From: Cenococcum geophilum
Lineage: Eukaryota
Reading direction: 5' to 3'
DNA length: 64,000 nt
Assembly: GCA_050273025.1 (NCBI GenBank)
Contig: CP158636.1
Coordinates: forward strand, 992,001-1,056,000
The notes under the pieces were generated by a model. The model had not been told where the DNA came from. It did not search any database and was given only the letters and a program-made list of their open reading frames with translations. Both the position numbers and the translations under genes were made by a program. Below are positions 61,801 to 64,000 of the stretch, piece by piece (the first letter of the stretch is position 1; every line of letters begins with the position of its first letter).

Positions 61801-64000
61801 AAAGTACGCTCCTAGTGTATAGTCTAATATATCCGTTTCGACCACTATCTCTAATTATAGTTAATAGATTTTAAGAACTGGCTCTTAGGTAAACAACTGT
61901 TTAATCTTTTTAAATAGTTCCTTTTATTCCTCTCCCTATGCCTATAGTTCTTCCTTCTTTGTTAATCTCGTAAGTGGCTCGATGTTCTTTAACCATTAAG
62001 CTATAAACCTTCTATAGTAATTGCAGAACCCTAAAAATAACCTTAGCTATATTACGTTTTCTAGTTCTTGCTAATTTACTATAGCCTTGATCTTTCTTAG
62101 ATCTATACTAAGTTGGCCTAGTTTAATAATAAATCTAATAAAATTGGTCTTCCTAGTAAAGAACTCGCATTTCTTAATTGCTACTAGTATCTGTTCTTCT
62201 TATAGTCTCTTTAAAACCTATTTAACGTATTCTCTATGCTCTTCCTTACTTATTAAGTAGATAATAATGTTGTTAAGGTATACCATAATAAATTTATCCA
62301 AATGTTCTCTTAACACATTATTAATACGCTTCTAAAACGTTGCTAGTATATTTATAAGCCCGAATTATATAACTAATAGTTTATATAGTCCTTCCTTTAA
62401 CCTAAAGGCTGCCTTCTATTTATTACCTTCCTTAATCCTAATCTAATAGTACGCCTATCTCAGATCTATCTTTATAAAGATTTGCGCATTGCCAATCCTA
62501 TCTTAGATTTTGCTAATTAAGAGTAAAGGATACCTATCCTTCCTAGTAATGCTATTTAACTATCTATAGTTAATACATAGTCTAAGTTTTCTATTCTTCT
62601 TTAGTACGAATAGTACTAGATATCCTGCTAATAACTGCGATAGTCTAATATATCCTTTTTAAAGATTTTCTTAGACAAACTCCTTAAGTGCTTATAACTC
62701 TTTTTCTGTTAACTTATATATTGGGTAGAACCTTAGACTTATTCCTAGTTCTAGCTTTATCTTATAGTCCCATACTACATAATTTAATAGCTTTTTACTT
62801 TCTGGCGACCATAGCTTCTTACTATACTTATAGTATCTCTTTAGTATATAGCTTAATCCTTAATTAGTCTCCTTATATATTGCTCCAACTTAGTACTATA
62901 CCAACTTAGTTTATTATCGCATCTTGCGTCATTATATATCTCTAATATCGACCTAACCTATAACCCAATCGATCTTTAGATTATATTTCTATAACTAAGG
63001 CATTCCTAATACTGCCTTATTATTCCCTAATAGTAATATATTAAAAGATATCTTAATTTATCTCCCTTTAATGGTTATCTAAATTAGTCCTATTTTAAGA
63101 TTAATAATACCTCCTCTATAGGCTATTAGATCTCCTTAAATTGTTACTAATAGGTAAGGGTGCTCTTTCTGCCTGTGTAGTATCCCTATCCTTTTAACTG
63201 CTGCTAGTAAGATATGGTTCCTCGTTGCTCCACTATCTATTAGTACTTCAAACTATTAATTTTACTAATTAATTCTTAGGTTTAGGTGTCGTTCTTAAAT
63301 TCCTTTAAGGGTTTAAGGCTCTACCACTGGCTCCCTCTAGTTCTATAGGCCTCTACTTTTCCTAACTATTAGCTGCTTAATCCTATTACACTTAGCTTAT
63401 TCTTTAGCCAATACCTAGTTCGCTTTTTATCTTTAATATACCACAGATAGGTGTTCTTTAGATATTTCTACTATTATCGTCTATCTAAGCATTCTTCTAT
63501 AAGGAATCTTCCTGGTTAAAGTATTAAATCTCCTTCCTTTTAAACTTCCGCTGGATGCTAGCTGTGTATATACTTGGCATTCCTATACTATTGTTCGTCT
63601 ATTATCTAGTACATCCTTATAGGGTATTTCCAATTCTTTTCTTTCGGATTTTTATGCATTTTATATATATTATCTATACATACAATCCATAATAGCGTAT
63701 AGTATGCTAGGTGCTTTAGGTTAACTCTTAGCTCGTCTTTATCCTTAAGTTTAAACCTTTATTATGCTAATCTAAACATTATAACTTTATTCGCAGGTAC
63801 TAAGACGTGCTTTTTACTTCTTTAGTCCTCTAATCGTTCCTCTAGATCCTTTAATATTATAATTAATGCTCCTTTAATATAATTTATCGCTTTTTCCGTA
63901 ATTGGGTGGTCTTAGATAACTTTTTCGTCTAACCACATATAGAAATCTTCCCATTCGTCATTACGTCGCTACCTATACCACTTTTAGTATAGCTGCTAGA
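58825..64000 (-). mobile_element. Chromodomain Gypsy 'G3' (different family), running off the window
   Basis: 3' LTR ~58825-59245 (TATAACGG...CCGTAATA), PPT CTCCCTCCTCT. Chromodomain ~60030-60150, integrase ~60250-61250, RNase H ~61600-61900, RT YL(DD)III ~62275, protease LIDSGATRN ~63235, gag upstream. Confidence 0.9.

Larger units (their letters stand above)
13750..64000. other. AT-rich RIP-mutated nested transposon block (except the ~34.9-36.9 kb gene island)
   Basis: Strong excess of TA/TAG/CTA/TAA and loss of CA/TG. Paired LTRs differ mostly by C>T/G>A transitions, and the ORF track is nearly empty despite recognisable pol motifs. Confidence 0.95.

Overview
Eukaryotic DNA from a filamentous ascomycete (GT-AG introns with CTAAC/CTGAC branch sites; pervasive RIP-type CpA>TpA / TpG>TpA mutation in repeats). 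Bases ~1-13.2 kb are a GC-balanced gene-rich block: a HeLo-like-N/ankyrin protein, a decayed aldehyde-reductase pseudogene, phosphoglucomutase, an Asteroid/XPG-like protein, a single-pass membrane protein and a DAG/sphingosine-kinase-family protein. From ~13.4 kb to the end the window is an AT-rich, RIP-mutated graveyard of nested transposons. It holds Copia elements (two full-length, with paired LTRs and TSDs), chromodomain Gypsy elements, solo LTRs, a TRIM-like element, a full-length Tad1-like LINE, and remnants of Crypton, hAT, pogo/Fot1 and piggyBac elements. One apparently intact three-exon gene sits in a ~2 kb non-RIP island. It encodes a Clr5-like domain fused to an Upc2-like transcription-factor domain, and a pogo element swollen to 16 kb by nested insertions lies 210 bp upstream of its ATG. 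All family assignments come from recognising motifs by eye; no database search was run.
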